A stretch of 64,000 nt of DNA, from positions 288,255 through 352,254 of the forward strand of contig NW_008246116.1 in the NCBI RefSeq assembly GCF_000281045.1, read 5' to 3'. A program made the position numbers and the translations under genes. The DNA comes from Saprolegnia diclina VS20 (taxonomy: Eukaryota). Position 1 is the first letter of the stretch. The number at the start of each line of letters is the position of its first letter. The notes under the pieces are model-generated. The model was not told where the DNA came from. It made no database searches and saw nothing but the letters and a program-made list of their open reading frames with translations. Of this stretch, positions 12,793-25,801 are shown one piece after another.

Positions 12793-13903
12793 CTTGCTGC
12801 TGCTTCGACTGACTTGGCGAACTCGAAATGCGACCAAGCCACACACAAGTCCCCTCAAATAGCTTGATTTTAGTATACCATACTCTGTCCCCTATTGTAC
12901 GAGTGTATTTTTAGACGGCCGTTTAAACGTTTGGTGATAGGGTGTTTAAACGTTAAGATGCGTCGAGGGTATTCCCGCTCTTCGAAGCGGAAGGGAGGTT
13001 GACAACGACTCACTCAGGCTCCTAGTACCAAGGCTAACACCACCTTGCTTTTGCCATAGCAAATACTACTCCATTCGTACACTGGCGCTAGGCCCGAGAG
13101 AGTACAGTGCCACGCGGTTGTGTGTGCCTGCCCGACGCCGCCTTTCACATACCGAAGTGCCACAGACCTACCCTAGATGCCGCCGCCACAATCGATTGCT
13201 GTGAGTGCTAGAGCTATTGCGCGCAGACGCCATCGCATAACGTTATTCACCGATGCGAGAAGCAGCTTCACGGTAGCCAATCTCGGCTGTAGAGGCGAGC
13301 CGCTCCACGCAAAAACCGCACCTGCGCCTCGACGCTTTGGTAGAAATGCGGCGTTGGTATCCTGAGAGACTCGTCCGATGACATAGGCATTGGCGGAGCC
13401 CATTGGAGTAGCCCTATTGGAGTGCTAATGGAGCTGCTGTTTGGGGTCTGCCACGTTTCATTGCACCAGTGCTGTTGCAGGTCATTGGTCTTCTTCGCCT
13501 GCGAGGCTGCACTACAGTCTCGTTGTCGCATGCCATCACACTGTCTATTGCTTTGCTTTCAACTGCATCAAGATATGCAGCCGTCGTTCAATGCTCCATG
13601 AACGCTCCTCCTACATTTGTACTAGTACTGGAGTGGGCTTGCTCGTTTTCCCGCTTAAACGTCATTTAACCACATGCGTTAAACGCAGCGGTTGAAGCAG
13701 ACGGTTTCGGCGACCCTCGTTACGAGAGCCTTGCGCCTCAAAGAGATCCGGATCTCCCTCGTTTGAAGAACAAGCACCATCCACTCTGGGACGACATAGC
13801 CTCTATAATCGGATATCAATCCTTGAAGGTCCCACTGTGAGACGGAATTCCCTCTCACAGTCAATAGTACCCAGTGCAGATTGCAACGACGCTTAGACAC
13901 GCG

Positions 13904-15238
13904 ATGGCGCCGCCGACCGCTGCGACGCCACGCATACCTCCGCCGCCATTGCGAGACGAGCCCAAGGCGGCGCCGACGCCCTCGGCAGTCGACGGTGGCC
14001 GCAAGCGCCCGGCGACGACGTCGAGCGACGCGACCATGCCCGTCTTGAAGCGCAAGCCGCTGGTCGTGCAGACGCTCCTCGACGCCACTGGCGCAGGTGT
14101 CACGCTCCGCCTACCATCCAAGACCGACGCTTCCAGCCAGCGCATTACACCTGTCGGCAAGGTGCGCAAGCTACGCCATGTACAGGGGTCTGCCAAGTCC
14201 GTGCGCACGCTGCCTGGTGTTGGCTTTGGCACAACACCACGGTTTCCACGGTCACCGCCACTCACCGCACCGACAAGCAACCCTTCATCGCGCGCTGCCT
14301 CTGGGTTTCAAGGATGGAAGCGAGCACGGTCGTCGACAACTGCCATCACCACCCATAGTACAAAGCCCAAGGCGTTGAAGGCTGCTTCAACGTCTGTACC
14401 AAAGCCTCCAACGACGCCTGTCCAGGCAAGCCGGAAACCATCCCACAAAACAGCAACGACTGCGTCCACGACCGCGAGCTCTGCAATCAAGCCCGTGACG
14501 CCATGTCGTCCGGTCCAGGAAGCGTCGACGACACCACCGGCGCCGCCACGTACCGACAACGACGAGGCGACGTTGGTCTCTCAGATCGTAGCGTCCATCC
14601 AAGCGCGCTCGTGCCGCTTGGTGTGTATCGACTTTGACAAGACGCTGCTCGACATCCACACCAACGGCGAGTGGACAAAGACGGCCGAAGACCTCGTAGG
14701 CCATGTGCGTCCGCTCTTCGTATCGATCTTGCCGCAGCTGCATGTACATGGCGTGCACCTGGCGATCACGACCTTCTCGCCCCAAGCCGACCTCGTCCAG
14801 CGCGTCTTGCAGCTGGTCCTGGACCCAACGACCGCCAACGCCATCCCTGTCTTTGCTGACAACGCGCGTCCATCGCCGGTCGAGGATACGAACGATGACG
14901 ACGACGACGCATCAATTCCAGCGCATGTGCGATTGGACAAGAGGCACAAGCTGTCGTATGTACTGTCGGCGGCGCGTCACCGGGCGGTGCGCCTTGGCCA
15001 CGCGCTCTTGATGGACGATGACGCGACGAACCTCCATGACGTGGCAGCGTACAATGTGCAGACGCTGTGGTATGAACACCACGAATCGCTGCAGTCGTTG
15101 GCGGCCAAGCTCTCGACGCCCACAGCGCACACGAACGCTCATGCGACGCCGGTGAAGACGGCCCACGTCGCTGCTCCTCGCTCCGAGCGCGTTGGACGAC
15201 CTGTCAAGCCCAAGAAACAGCGCGCCCTCGTCTACTAG
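13904..15238 (+). CDS. HAD-superfamily phosphatase-like protein with long low-complexity N-terminus
   Basis: Intronless ORF; HAD motif I LVCIDFDKT, motif II ITTFS, Lys in HKLSY, motif IV LMDDD. Confidence 0.75.
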   Translation: MAPPTAATPRIPPPPLRDEPKAAPTPSAVDGGRKRPATTSSDATMPVLKRKPLVVQTLLDATGAGVTLRLPSKTDASSQRITPVGKVRKLRHVQGSAKSVRTLPGVGFGTTPRFPRSPPLTAPTSNPSSRAASGFQGWKRARSSTTAITTHSTKPKALKAASTSVPKPPTTPVQASRKPSHKTATTASTTASSAIKPVTPCRPVQEASTTPPAPPRTDNDEATLVSQIVASIQARSCRLVCIDFDKTLLDIHTNGEWTKTAEDLVGHVRPLFVSILPQLHVHGVHLAITTFSPQADLVQRVLQLVLDPTTANAIPVFADNARPSPVEDTNDDDDDASIPAHVRLDKRHKLSYVLSAARHRAVRLGHALLMDDDATNLHDVAAYNVQTLWYEHHESLQSLAAKLSTPTAHTNAHATPVKTAHVAAPRSERVGRPVKPKKQRALVY

Positions 15239-15373
15239 CGGCGTGTTGTGGTTACTGTCGGCACGAAGTCGACAATGACAGTACAGTAGGGCCGTCGCAC
15301 TCGCAAGTCTTTCTAGCGCTGTAAAGGGCAAATATACTTAAAGGTTATTAGTGGTATAGAGATAGCAGCGTGT

Positions 15374-16081
15374 TCACGCCGTGTCATCGTCCATGGGCGC
15401 GTCGTCGTCGTCGTCGTCGTTGTCGCTGTCGCGCTCGCGGAAGCGTGGGTTGGCCTCCTTCTTCTTCTCGTCGTCGATGCTCACATCGTCAACGTCGTTG
15501 CGCCGGTCGCTCGTCTGGCGGCGCGACGACGGACGCGAGTCAAAGTCGCCGACGCTGTCGGTGCGGTCGCGCTTCATGCCGCCGGCGCGGCGGAAGTGGT
15601 TGGTGTGGCCACCGACGTCGTCGACCTTCTTGCCGTAGCCGCCGCGACCCGGATCATAGTCGTCCTTGGAGCGGCGATCGTCGCGGACTTGACCGCCGGT
15701 CGTGCCACGACCATACTGACGGCCTTCGCGGAAGCCGCCGTCGAGCTCACAACGAATGACACGCTGGTCGAGCTTGGTGCCCGAGACAAAGTTGGAGCAG
15801 GCCTGCGCGTGTTCCTTGTTAAAGTACTCGACAAAGCAGAAGCCGCACGGCGTCTTCTTGAGGCGGTCGAGACCCATGATGACGGCGCGGACCGGCCCGA
15901 CGACCGAGAAGAGCTCGTAGATCTGGGTTTCGCTCGTAAAGAAGCTTAGGTTACCGACGTAGAGCGTGCTCGACTGCTTCATGGCCTCTTGCTGCTCCTC
16001 AAGCGACGTGTACGTCTGCCGGTCCCAGTACTCCTTCTTCTTCGGGCCCGCGCCCTCGACGAGGCTCGCGTACAGCTCCAT
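15374..16081 (-). CDS. NCBP2: Nuclear cap-binding protein subunit 2 (CBP20)
   Basis: [70 protein letters not shown]. Confidence 0.97.
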   Translation of the reverse strand: MELYASLVEGAGPKKKEYWDRQTYTSLEEQQEAMKQSSTLYVGNLSFFTSETQIYELFSVVGPVRAVIMGLDRLKKTPCGFCFVEYFNKEHAQACSNFVSGTKLDQRVIRCELDGGFREGRQYGRGTTGGQVRDDRRSKDDYDPGRGGYGKKVDDVGGHTNHFRRAGGMKRDRTDSVGDFDSRPSSRRQTSDRRNDVDDVSIDDEKKKEANPRFRERDSDNDDDDDDAPMDDDTA

Positions 16082-16282
16082 GACCACACAACCAAAATGG
16101 TGCGTTATGCCACAATTACTCGCTCGTAATTTTGCTATTTGTGGCGCGACGCTTCCGTGTGATTGGCCAGCACGGCTCGGCAGGCAACTGGTCCATTGCA
16201 AAAGGATCGGTTGATGGCCCATTCCTGCCCGCCACCTAATCTCGCAGCTACCTTGGCGACTGCAGCCCGACATACCGGTTAA

Positions 16283-16543
16283 CTACGATTGCACATCAAG
16301 ATAACCCACATTGTCATGATTTGGCTGAGCTCGCGCGCCCTCCGGTAGTCGGCGCACAGCTGCTTGAGGCGGCGGCGTCGGGCGACGAGAGCGAGGTGAG
16401 CGCCGTGCTGAGGTCGTCGACTTGCTTTTGGAGCGAAGCCTTTTCTGCGTCGTAGCGCTCTCGCATGTGCTGCTTTTGATAAAGTTGCGCATCTTCATGT
16501 GCTCCTTCTGCCGGACGAGGTTGGCGTCAACTCGGCGTGTCAT
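16283..16543 (-). CDS. Possible small basic hypothetical protein (86 aa)
   Basis: ATG-started ORF with coding-like N-terminal half; no recognisable domain. Confidence 0.3.
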   Translation of the reverse strand: MTRRVDANLVRQKEHMKMRNFIKSSTCESATTQKRLRSKSKSTTSARRSPRSRRPTPPPQAAVRRLPEGARAQPNHDNVGYLDVQS

Positions 16544-16872
16544 GCATGATTCAATGCTGACATGTGATTGGCTAGCATTCCGAGGCTCAAACTCAATCTA
16601 GAATGCTGTTTGAGAGTTGAGAAGAGAGTCAAAGTTGGCCAGCGCTGCGAGCGCACTCTCAGCTTTCCAGACAGTGATCCGGTCAGTGCCAGTGGGCAGG
16701 ACCTTCTTGAAACCAAACTCTCAAACTCCACCAGTCGATTCGTGTTCGCCCTCGTTCGCGACTAGCACCCTGGGGACTCCAGACGTGCGACGTTATTTGC
16801 CGCAAACAAGAGGACCAGAAACAGCGTTATAAGTCCTAGGTTCCGACATGCACAATATACTGGCCCCACTGT

Positions 16873-19800
16873 CTACAGCTGCATGACGTGGGGATGCTCG
16901 GCAAGCTCAATGTCGATCGACCGGCGGCGGCCATTATCCGACGCCGACTCACTGCGCCCGGCGTTGCGCAGGGGCGAATCGGGGGCTTCGGTCGCGGGGC
17001 TCGGCATCACGGGGCGATTCGACACAGGAATGTCGTGTGCAATGCTCCGAATCTAGCACCAATATGTCCATGGCTTCAACTATCGCAGTAGACACACATA
17101 CCGCGCCGTCTTGGTTGTCGGGCGACCGGAAGATGCGGTACACGAAGAACCCAACGACAAGCGTCAAGAAGATGAGCAGAATCGTAAAGACCGTGATGCC
17201 CGCCGACGACGTCGTGAGCCACTGCATGACGGACGGCAAGAAGCCGGTGTCGGTGATCGACGCCGTCGCGCTGCTGCTGCCGTTGCGTGCAACGAGCGAC
17301 GCCGCAATCTGGAAGCGCGACGAGACACTCGCGTTGCTTGTACTCATTGTGCTAGTCACAAAAATTGATACATTGAAACAAATCGGAAAAATCGGAAAAT
17401 CAAAAAATGGACGTACATGGGCGCCTCGGAATACACGAGGACCCAAAACTGGCCCGAAAGCGGTTCGTTGAGCAGCTGGACGACTTCCTCCGTCCCCTCC
17501 TACCCATAAGTCGATTATCTTGTGCACAATATTGTCTTTTGTACTGAAAACGAGACGCGGCTAAAGTCATAGATCGACCGCGGTGGGACCTACGCACCCA
17601 TGATGTTTCGATGGGAAAACAGATTGGTCGAAACTATGACCTCGGCCACGTAGACGGTGGGAGAAACGCCGTCGAGGTTGGTGACGCGCAGCTGAATGCC
17701 CGTGTTGGGCTGCATCGACTGCGGCAGCGTAAAGAGAGCACCGCCATCGTTGGGCAGGGAAAAGGTTGCCGTACACACGCTGCAGAGCAACGATGCATTC
17801 TCGGACGCATACCACAGCGTGCCCATATCAATCGGGTTGGGGCTGGCGCACGTGAGTCCATGCCAGCCGTTCTTGCAGCTGCAGCTCGGACCGTCTTTGC
17901 TGTCGAGGCACGTCCCTCGGCCGCCGCAAATGCTACCACAGCTGGGGTCAATATTTCGAGGACATATAAGGACATACGTCACATCGCCGTTGCCGCCACA
18001 TGTATAGGACGGGTACACTTCGGAGACGGCGGTGACGGGCTGCACCGAGAGCTGTGCGAGTAGGATATCGGCAGCAAACCGCTTGTTGTAAACCGCAACC
18101 TTGTAGCACGTGGGTCCGCTGCACGCTGTCGAGACGGGCACCACCACTGTCTGAGACATAGCACTGGCGGCCATCGCATCAAAATCAAACGCCGCGCCAA
18201 GGTCGAGCGCCGGTAAGCCGGTTTCGAGCGGTCCGCGCACCAGCAGCAGCGGCATCGCATCGTCAATGTTGCTGAGCTGCACCTTGATGAACGTGACGTC
18301 GGGATCCGGCACGTCCAGTGTGAGATACTAGCCATCAACATACGAATCACAAGTGCAAAGTGGGAAAGGACAATCTACCGTCCACTGGCCAGGACGGAGT
18401 TGGACCGAGATATTGATGGCGGCGGATGCATTGTGCCACACACGACGGTGGGCAATGGGTCCGCGGTCGCAGAACGCCCCGCCGTAGCCGGTCGCACACG
18501 CACAGAGACCATCAAGCGCGGGCGAGCACGTCGATGTTGCCTCGGGGCATATGCGCGAAGCGTTCACGCAGCTGCTGTTGGCTTGGACGTTGAGCGAAAA
18601 AGCCAGCGAGCTTCGCGCATAGAGCGAGTTGTAAACGCCAACGTAGAGAAGACCGTCGCTGAGCGTCGATGCGGCGCGCGTCAGCAAGATGCGCTGCGTG
18701 CCGGCTTGCGTTGCCCACGCCGCCCCATCGGCCGCTTGGATCGGGTACGGGTGCGTCACGTCGAGCGACGGCAGTGTGTTTTTTCGCACGAGCACGAGGG
18801 CGTCGCTCGTGACCGAGACATCGTCGAGCTGGACGTAGACATAACTCCAGCTGGGCTGCACGTTGATCGTATACAAGGCCCATTTCCCAATCTCGACCTA
18901 GTGGTCTCAACTGTTGCGCATTCGTTTGCGATAAGAGAGGGTGGACCTGCTCGTCCAAGGACTGCGCATAGACCACAAACGAGCTGTTGTAGTGCTCGAC
19001 GAACGAAATGGAAGGAATCGGGACCTTGCAGAGACTCTGCGCGTCATTCGGGCGGTCGTAGTGGTACGCCGGGTCACAGACGCAGGTCGGCTGGTCGACG
19101 CCATCCGCATTGGGCAAGACCGTACAGACGCCGTTGCCAAAGCAGTCGGACGTATTGCGGAGCCCTCTCGAGACAACACCCACCGGCGTCGAGGATCCGG
19201 GTACCTGCTCGTTTCATAGGAATCCGTACACATATACAAGAGTTGGTACCGGGCAATTGTCAAAGTCGATGCAGTCCGGTCGGCACTGGGGCAAGTTGCA
19301 CGCATCGCCCGTCCAGTACCGATCGCATGCGCACACGCCGGCGTAATACTACGACATGCATGAGACGTGGCACGTCGGATCTAGTGCGCGCACCTTGCCG
19401 CACGTGCCATGGTTGGAACAGCTCTCGCTCGAGCACTTGTTGAGCTTGACATTGATCGCAAAGCGCGAGGCCGCAAACCCAAACACGCCAATGTAGAGAT
19501 ACCCCGGGGCACCCTGGACAAACTGCGTGTTGGGCTGGCGGCAAAAGTGAAACGTGTCGTTGATGCCCCGCGGAAAGACGCCGAGCGACCCGCAGAGCGT
19601 GATGGCGTCGACGCCGTCGGTGCGGTTGGCATCGCTCACAAACGTCGACGCGCGCAAGCTGCCGACAGTTGGTGTTTGCGTCACAAACGAAGCATAGACA
19701 TCCGCGTCTACAGAGTGACTCAAGTACCGTGGAGACGAGTGTAGTGTACCGCCAACGGTCGTGACGACGCGCACAGTGACGTCGGACGAGCTCGAGTCGA

Positions 19801-22690
19801 GCTGAACCCGGAAGAATTGATAGCTCTGCGCCATTCCAACGTGTCGACGATCGTTGATGACGCAGTGGGCCTACCTTGGCGGCCACAGAGCCCATGTACG
19901 CGGTTGCGTTCGCGAGCTCGAGCGTCGTCACCGTGGGCATTTGGCTGGTTTGACACGACGTGCCATAGTACCCAGCGGCACAGATGCACGACCCTAGCCC
20001 ATACCGTTGTAACTACGGCGACCGGAAGTCTTGTATACCTGTTTTGCAATCGCAGCTGCCGTTGGCGCCGCAGCCCGGGCAGCCCGGGACACATTCGCAC
20101 GCATTGCCTACGCATATACCGTCGGCTTGTCGCGAAGTACGGCGGCGGTCGACGCACCCGAGTATCCCGCGTTGCACGTGCATGCGCCAGTAACTGCATT
20201 GCATGTTCCGTGGTTGGAGCACTCGACCGCGTTGTACTTGGGGTCGTCGATACCGGGGCACACGAGGAGCGAGCAAGCTAGCCCGGTGTATCCCGACTGG
20301 CACTACCCCCGAATCAACAAAATGAGCGTATTGTCCTCTGCACTAAAATTCATCAATAGGGCAATAGAACGTACGGTGCATTGTCCCGTGCTGCCGTCGC
20401 ACGTGCCGTGGCCAGCACACGTGGCGCCATTCGCAGCCGGGCAGTTGAGAAGCGAGCAGTCGGCGCCGTTAAAGCCTACGCCGTATCATCCTCATTACTT
20501 GGAGAAGTGCAAGCATCGCAACAACGCACCAGGGTGGCAGACGCAAGAGCCGTCGGTTTGTAGAACGCCGGCGCCCGAACATTCGTTTTGGAGCCGTTGG
20601 CAAATGGTGTTGGCCGGGGGGCAACTAGCTTGCTGTCGTGAGCTTCTGTTTTGAAATGTCGAAACAACCTCAGCGAGCCCGAGTACCCGGGGACCGACAC
20701 AGCGCCACCTGCCATAGGACACGACACTTGGGTGGTGCCGACGGTCACGAGCATGGCGGTTTTCGTGCATCGGTCGACGCTGTAACACACGGGCGTCGAT
20801 GTACTAGACGTCAACTTGCACCAAAAAAGAACGACACTCTGTCATTGTACCGGGTGCCAGACGTGGACAGCGTTGACTGGAAGCACTGACTCGACGACGA
20901 CAAGATCTCGCCCATGCCCGGCGTCACATACGTGCCCTAGACAGTCGATTCTCGCAACGAATCGAGATCGTATTGGCCTACGAGGTTGGCGCAGCCGCCG
21001 TTGCTGTAGCCCGAGTTGAGTGGGCAATAATCCGCATACGTATCTTGACCGCCTACCCATAGTGTCATATCTTCCATATATATATGTATATATATATACC
21101 CAGCGCCGCGTTGCCGAAATATTGAAACCCCGCCGGAATACTCGACGTGTACGTCGCAAGGTTGCAGTAGCCTTTCGCATCGCGCGTCGGCGTGCAGTGG
21201 TCGCCCTTGGCCCTGCAAAAGTAGTCGCTGCTCCACTCGGAGCACTTGGCCCTACGCAGCATCCATGGATTAATATCGCCTCCATGCAGCGCTGAACAAG
21301 TATATGGTACGTGGCGAATGTGCAGCCTTCGAGATACCCCCAGGCAAGCGCCTAGCCCAGTTGCTTGTGTATGACATACCCGGTTCTTGTCACTACAAGT
21401 ATGTACCTCTGCCATCGAGTAGTTGGCCGTATACCACCCGCTGTCTTCAAAGAGCGCCAACGTTAGCGCTGAAAACACGGGGGTCGCTGACGCCGTGGCT
21501 GTCATGTACTCGTTCTGGAAGATCCGCTTCTCCCAGTGGCTCGTGGTTGTGGCCGCCGTGCCTTGCGCACCGTTCTCGAGCTCGCCACCAGCGTTGACCC
21601 TACGACATCATATATAAAGTTCGCGTTTCCTATAGTACGCGAACCAGTTGTAGCAGTTGAACTGCTGCTTGACGGCGGCGACGACCTTGGGCGTAATGAT
21701 CTTGGAGACCGCGACGCCGCGCTCGAGCGTGTTGAACACGACGTTGCCTGCGCCCCACGGCGCGCCGTTGAGCGGCTGACGAAAGTCCGGGAACCGCGAC
21801 GACGAAAAACCCAGCGCGTGCGTTAACTCGTGCAGCGCCGTGCCCACTTGCTGCGACCGCGCGGCGCTCGACGCATCGAGCCTGCATCGTTTGCTCCAAC
21901 ATGAGTCTCGTCATTCAAAAGCCTACCGGTTGGGCCCAAAGTTGGCTTGACCTGAGATCGGGCGGCCGTATTGGTCGAGGTTGCACGGCAGCGCCCACGC
22001 GAGGACGGCGCCGGACGTCGGGCGGGCCGTCACGTGAATGAGAAAGTCTGTTTTGGCAATCCCGGTCGACGCCAAGTACGGCGGCATCGAGTTGGTACAG
22101 CAAGCCCACTGCCCGTTCGCGCTACACCCAATGCCCGGGACGACGAGGTTGCCCGAGACCGACTGCACCGAAAGCACTTTAGAAAAGTACGATGTGATGG
22201 CAGGCAGCAGCACGTTGGTGATGAAGCTGCGCTTGTCCTACACTGACCTTGTCGGATCCGGCGCGCAGCAGGTCGTACCGAGGTCAAGACGTCGTTCGGG
22301 GCACACGTGTAGCTCGACCCGTCGCGACTCACGACGTCGCCAACATTGGAACACAGATAGCCCGGATCGCTAATTGCCATCAGGACATACGACCATGTCG
22401 CGCGATCGTCGTACCTGAAGAGCTTGGACGTGTCGAACGAGATGCGAATTGGATTGAAGAGGCTGCTGGCAACGCCATCGGCGTCGAGCCGGCGACTCTT
22501 CGACGATACGAGGTTCTGCGGGCTGCGCAGCGTGGACGTATCAACGTCGGCCTAGTACGACCTCCATGAGCAGGTAGGAGCCATGCTGATGGCGTACGAG
22601 GAAGCGCTCCATGAGCTCATCGTGGCCGCAGTCGTGGCCGCCCACCGCGCTGCGGATCAAGACCAGCACGATGCCAAGCAGCATCTTCAT
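16873..22690 (-). CDS. Leishmanolysin-like (M8/GP63) zinc metalloprotease with EGF repeats, beta-sandwich domains and a C-terminal TM helix; multi-intron
   Basis: Signal peptide MKMLLGIVLVLIRSAVGG and pro-peptide CGHD; ALHELTHALGF, SHWEKRI, NEYMT (Met-turn); many EGF-like C-x-C...G..G..C motifs; splicing links ORFs 17590-18312 and 16949-17527 (TM GITVFTILLIFLTLVVGFFVY) to TAG at 16873-16875. Confidence 0.85.
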
Positions 22691-23317
22691 CGTCGTCTCT
22701 GCTTCTCTTGGCAACTGCCAACCGACAAGATCTCGAGCTGCAAAACACTTGATTCAAGTATATCCCTTCACGGCGCGCGGGGATTGGCTACATTTCGCGA
22801 TCTTGGGCGGGTGTCGATCACGTCCAAGCCACGGATTTCGAGCAGCTAGACAAATAATGGCAGGACATTCAAGCCTTTGGAGAGCATTTCGTATGGACCC
22901 TATTCTCCTAATGTGGGTTCAACCACACAAATCAATTGTATTCCACCTCTGGTACCGCCAACGTGGAAGTACGTTTGACAGGGTCGTTGGCTCGACGGCG
23001 GTGTCTGGATGTGTCTTTTGCAAAATGCATCGGGACGCAATCTTCTGTGCTTGGCGGACAAGCCAGCCATCTTCAAGTTTGCAGTGGCGGGCTTCTTGGT
23101 ACATGTATCTAATCGAGGTTGCGAGCGTGCTTCAATTCGCCCGGCACAGCCCCTTGCAGCCGCGTGTCCACCTCGTTTCAGTTCGCAAAGAAGCGAATGC
23201 ATCCACACAAATTGGTTGCTGCATGAGGACGAGCGAAGCAGTCGCTAATAAAATGGAGCCATCTTTGAAATACCAATTTTGAAACAGCGCAACGATTGCC
23301 CAATTTTAGAGTTTGGT

Positions 23318-25103
23318 ATGGAGACGCGCCGCCTTACGACGCCGATGCTCATCGACGACGACGATGACGACATGGGGCTTCCGCTCGAGGGGCCTGCGCC
23401 GGGTGCACGCAAAGATCCTGCGGGCCCCGAGTCGGCCAACATTTTTCCGCGGGTACGATGCTTATATCGGTGCATAGATAAGACGCTGCTTAGTGGCTCG
23501 TCGAGCGCAAGGACTTTCAAACGTTCTTTCCGCGCTTCTCCAACAAGGTGATTGTCGAAGACGACAAGCTCCGACTCGCAGCACAGAAAGACCCGGACGC
23601 GCGCAACGGCATTGACATTCAGCTCCTCTCCAAGTGGCTCGTCAACGTGCCGGCGCTCAAGTCGCTCAACGTGCCGCAGGCCGGCGAACTCGCCAAGCGC
23701 ATGCGCTGGGCGTCGTTTGAGCCACTCGAATTTGTGTTCCACAAAGGCGACATTGGCGACGCCTGCTATATCCTCGTCACGGGCGAAGTATCTCTCGAAA
23801 AGGACCGCTTTGGTCATGGAATACCATCGAATTGAGTAGGTGTTTGTGGTTGTCAACAACGAACGCGTTGGGACACTCAAGAAGGGCATGAGCTTTGGCG
23901 AAGTCGCGCTCGAGCTCGAGGATGCGCGCCGCACCGCCGACATTCAAGCGAGCGAGCGCGGCGCCGAGCTCCTCGTCATTCGCGGCGAAGACTACCAAAA
24001 GAACGTGTTTCGCTACCAAGCCAAGCGCCGCAAGAAGCTCACGCGCTGGCTTCGGAACGACATTGCGATATTTCGCGATTTTTCCGACAACAAACTTCGG
24101 TATTTCGAGTCGGTCTCGATCGACCTCTTTTTGCACGCGGGCAACTGCGTCTACATGGAAGGCGAAGACGTCGGCGCCCTCTACTTTATCAAATCCGGTA
24201 CGTACTCTTGAAGTGTACACATCCATATTGATGTGCGGGTAGGGTCCATCTCGCTCGAGAAGAACGTGCTCTTTGAAACCAAGCACCGACGCCCCGTGAC
24301 CGTACATTCGTGGGTCGTCCAGTCCCACAAGACTAGCGTCCAAGTCCCTTGCTTTAATGTCGAAGCCACGGGCTGTTTTGGTATGGAATTTTTCGTCCAA
24401 GTACGTGTGATATATGTCGTTGCATCAAAGATCGCTCAAATAACGTCAACGAACTATTAGCTACCCACGCGGAGTCATACTGCGGTCGTGCTTACCGACA
24501 CGCATTTGGTCGCGATCAACAAGGTGGACTGCGCCTCGACCATGCACACGTTTAGCGTCAAGGCCGTGGACCGTCTGTGTGAAAAGTATACTTTGCAACT
24601 ATTCGAGATCGAGGGACATGAGGGTGGGGTAGGTACCGCGATATTTGGAATGCGACTGTGACGTCGACGCAAAAACAAGTGCGTGCGTACAACCGGCACC
24701 AGCGGCACAGCACCGCGCTCGTGCCCCAAGGTACACCAGCAACAGGTTGCAGAATGCCAATTTTGGCAGTTGGCGCCAATAGCCCAATCTTTGTGCGGCA
24801 GCGCCATCCCGATTCGAAAGAAGAACACCCGAATTACCAATTTCCGAGCCTCGAGCGTTCGGCGTGGACAGCGACAAACGCCGTGGTCGCCAAAGCCCAG
24901 CGCGGCTGCGACCCCGCGACGACCAACTTTTTACTCTCGTCGTCGACGTCATGTACACCATATCCTAGTATTGGCATATGGCTGACGATTCTGTTGTAGC
25001 GCCGACGCTTGGGTCCAAGGCTTCGATGATGTCTTCCCTGTCGGCGTCCGTGTCGTCGTCGACAGGCTCGATGAAGAGCCTCCCGCGCCTCCCACCGCAA
25101 TAG
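23318..25103 (+). CDS. Cyclic nucleotide-binding domain protein (two cNMP domains, no kinase domain seen)
   Basis: FVFHKGDIGDACYILVTGE, SFGEVALELEDARRTADI, VYMEGEDVGALYFIKSG; spliced to TAG at 25101-25103. Confidence 0.8.
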
Positions 25104-25185
25104 AACACGACAGGCCATTTCCAACATTATATATTGTACCACAGTCCGTAGATAGGCGTTTGTATTCCATGGTCTAATTTGCGGC

Positions 25186-25801
25186 TCACTGCTTGATGAG
25201 TGGTTGCCACGTGCACTGGTTGGACAGTTCAAATTTGTGCTTGAAAAGCCCGGCAATATCGTCCCAATGAAAGTCGTCAAAGTTGCGAATGACCACATTG
25301 TGCTCATCGATGACGAGTTTGTGGGGCACGGCGTGCACGCCATACCCTACAAGTACACATTGTCATCCATCATAAAGACGTAACGACGCACCATCCGGGA
25401 TGTCGTCGCAGCCAAAATGCAAGACGGTCGGACCATCGTCCGTGTCCAAGTACTCGGTGCAGACGCGGGGCTTTTTCGTTTTGGGGTTTTCGGCCCGCAC
25501 AAAGTCGAGCGCGTTCTGGATCTACGCACGATCCATGGAATGCAATCTAAAAAATCGGGATTCGTACGTGCTTGTCGACGTTGATAAGGACAAAGTTGAC
25601 GAACGGCGTCGGAAGGTTGTGCTTGGACCAGCGCTCAAACTCCTCGACGGCCGGAACGCACGAGTTGCACCACGTTGCGTAAAACATGACAACCGACGGC
25701 TTGCCGCTGCTCGTGATGCTGTTGAACGACGTGATCGCCCCCGTCTCGAGGTCCACGAGGTCAAAGTCCGGCGCGTCCTGGTTCACAATCACGCCTGCCA
25801 T
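25186..25801 (-). CDS. TlpA/AhpC-TSA-like thioredoxin-fold oxidoreductase
   Basis: APDFDLVDL...GKPSVVMFYATWCNSC (CxxC); cis-Pro loop YGVHAVPHKLVID after two introns; TGA at 25186-25188. Confidence 0.85.

Noticed and set aside
10189..12867. 892-aa plus-strand ORF and other long antisense ORFs (e.g. 39285-40958, 5416-6249, 58449-59630 extension)
   Set aside because: These are shadow frames of real genes on the opposite strand; strong C/G third-position bias suppresses antisense stops, and no motifs are present.
16949..17527. Separate small membrane-protein gene
   Set aside because: Better explained as terminal exons of the leishmanolysin-EGF gene through GT-AG splicing.
21076..21098. (TA)n microsatellite
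   Set aside because: Short intronic simple repeat with no evident significance.
25229..25383. Apparent extra plus-strand exon of the cNMP gene
   Set aside because: This is the antisense of the last exon of the thioredoxin-like gene, which carries the cis-Pro motif.
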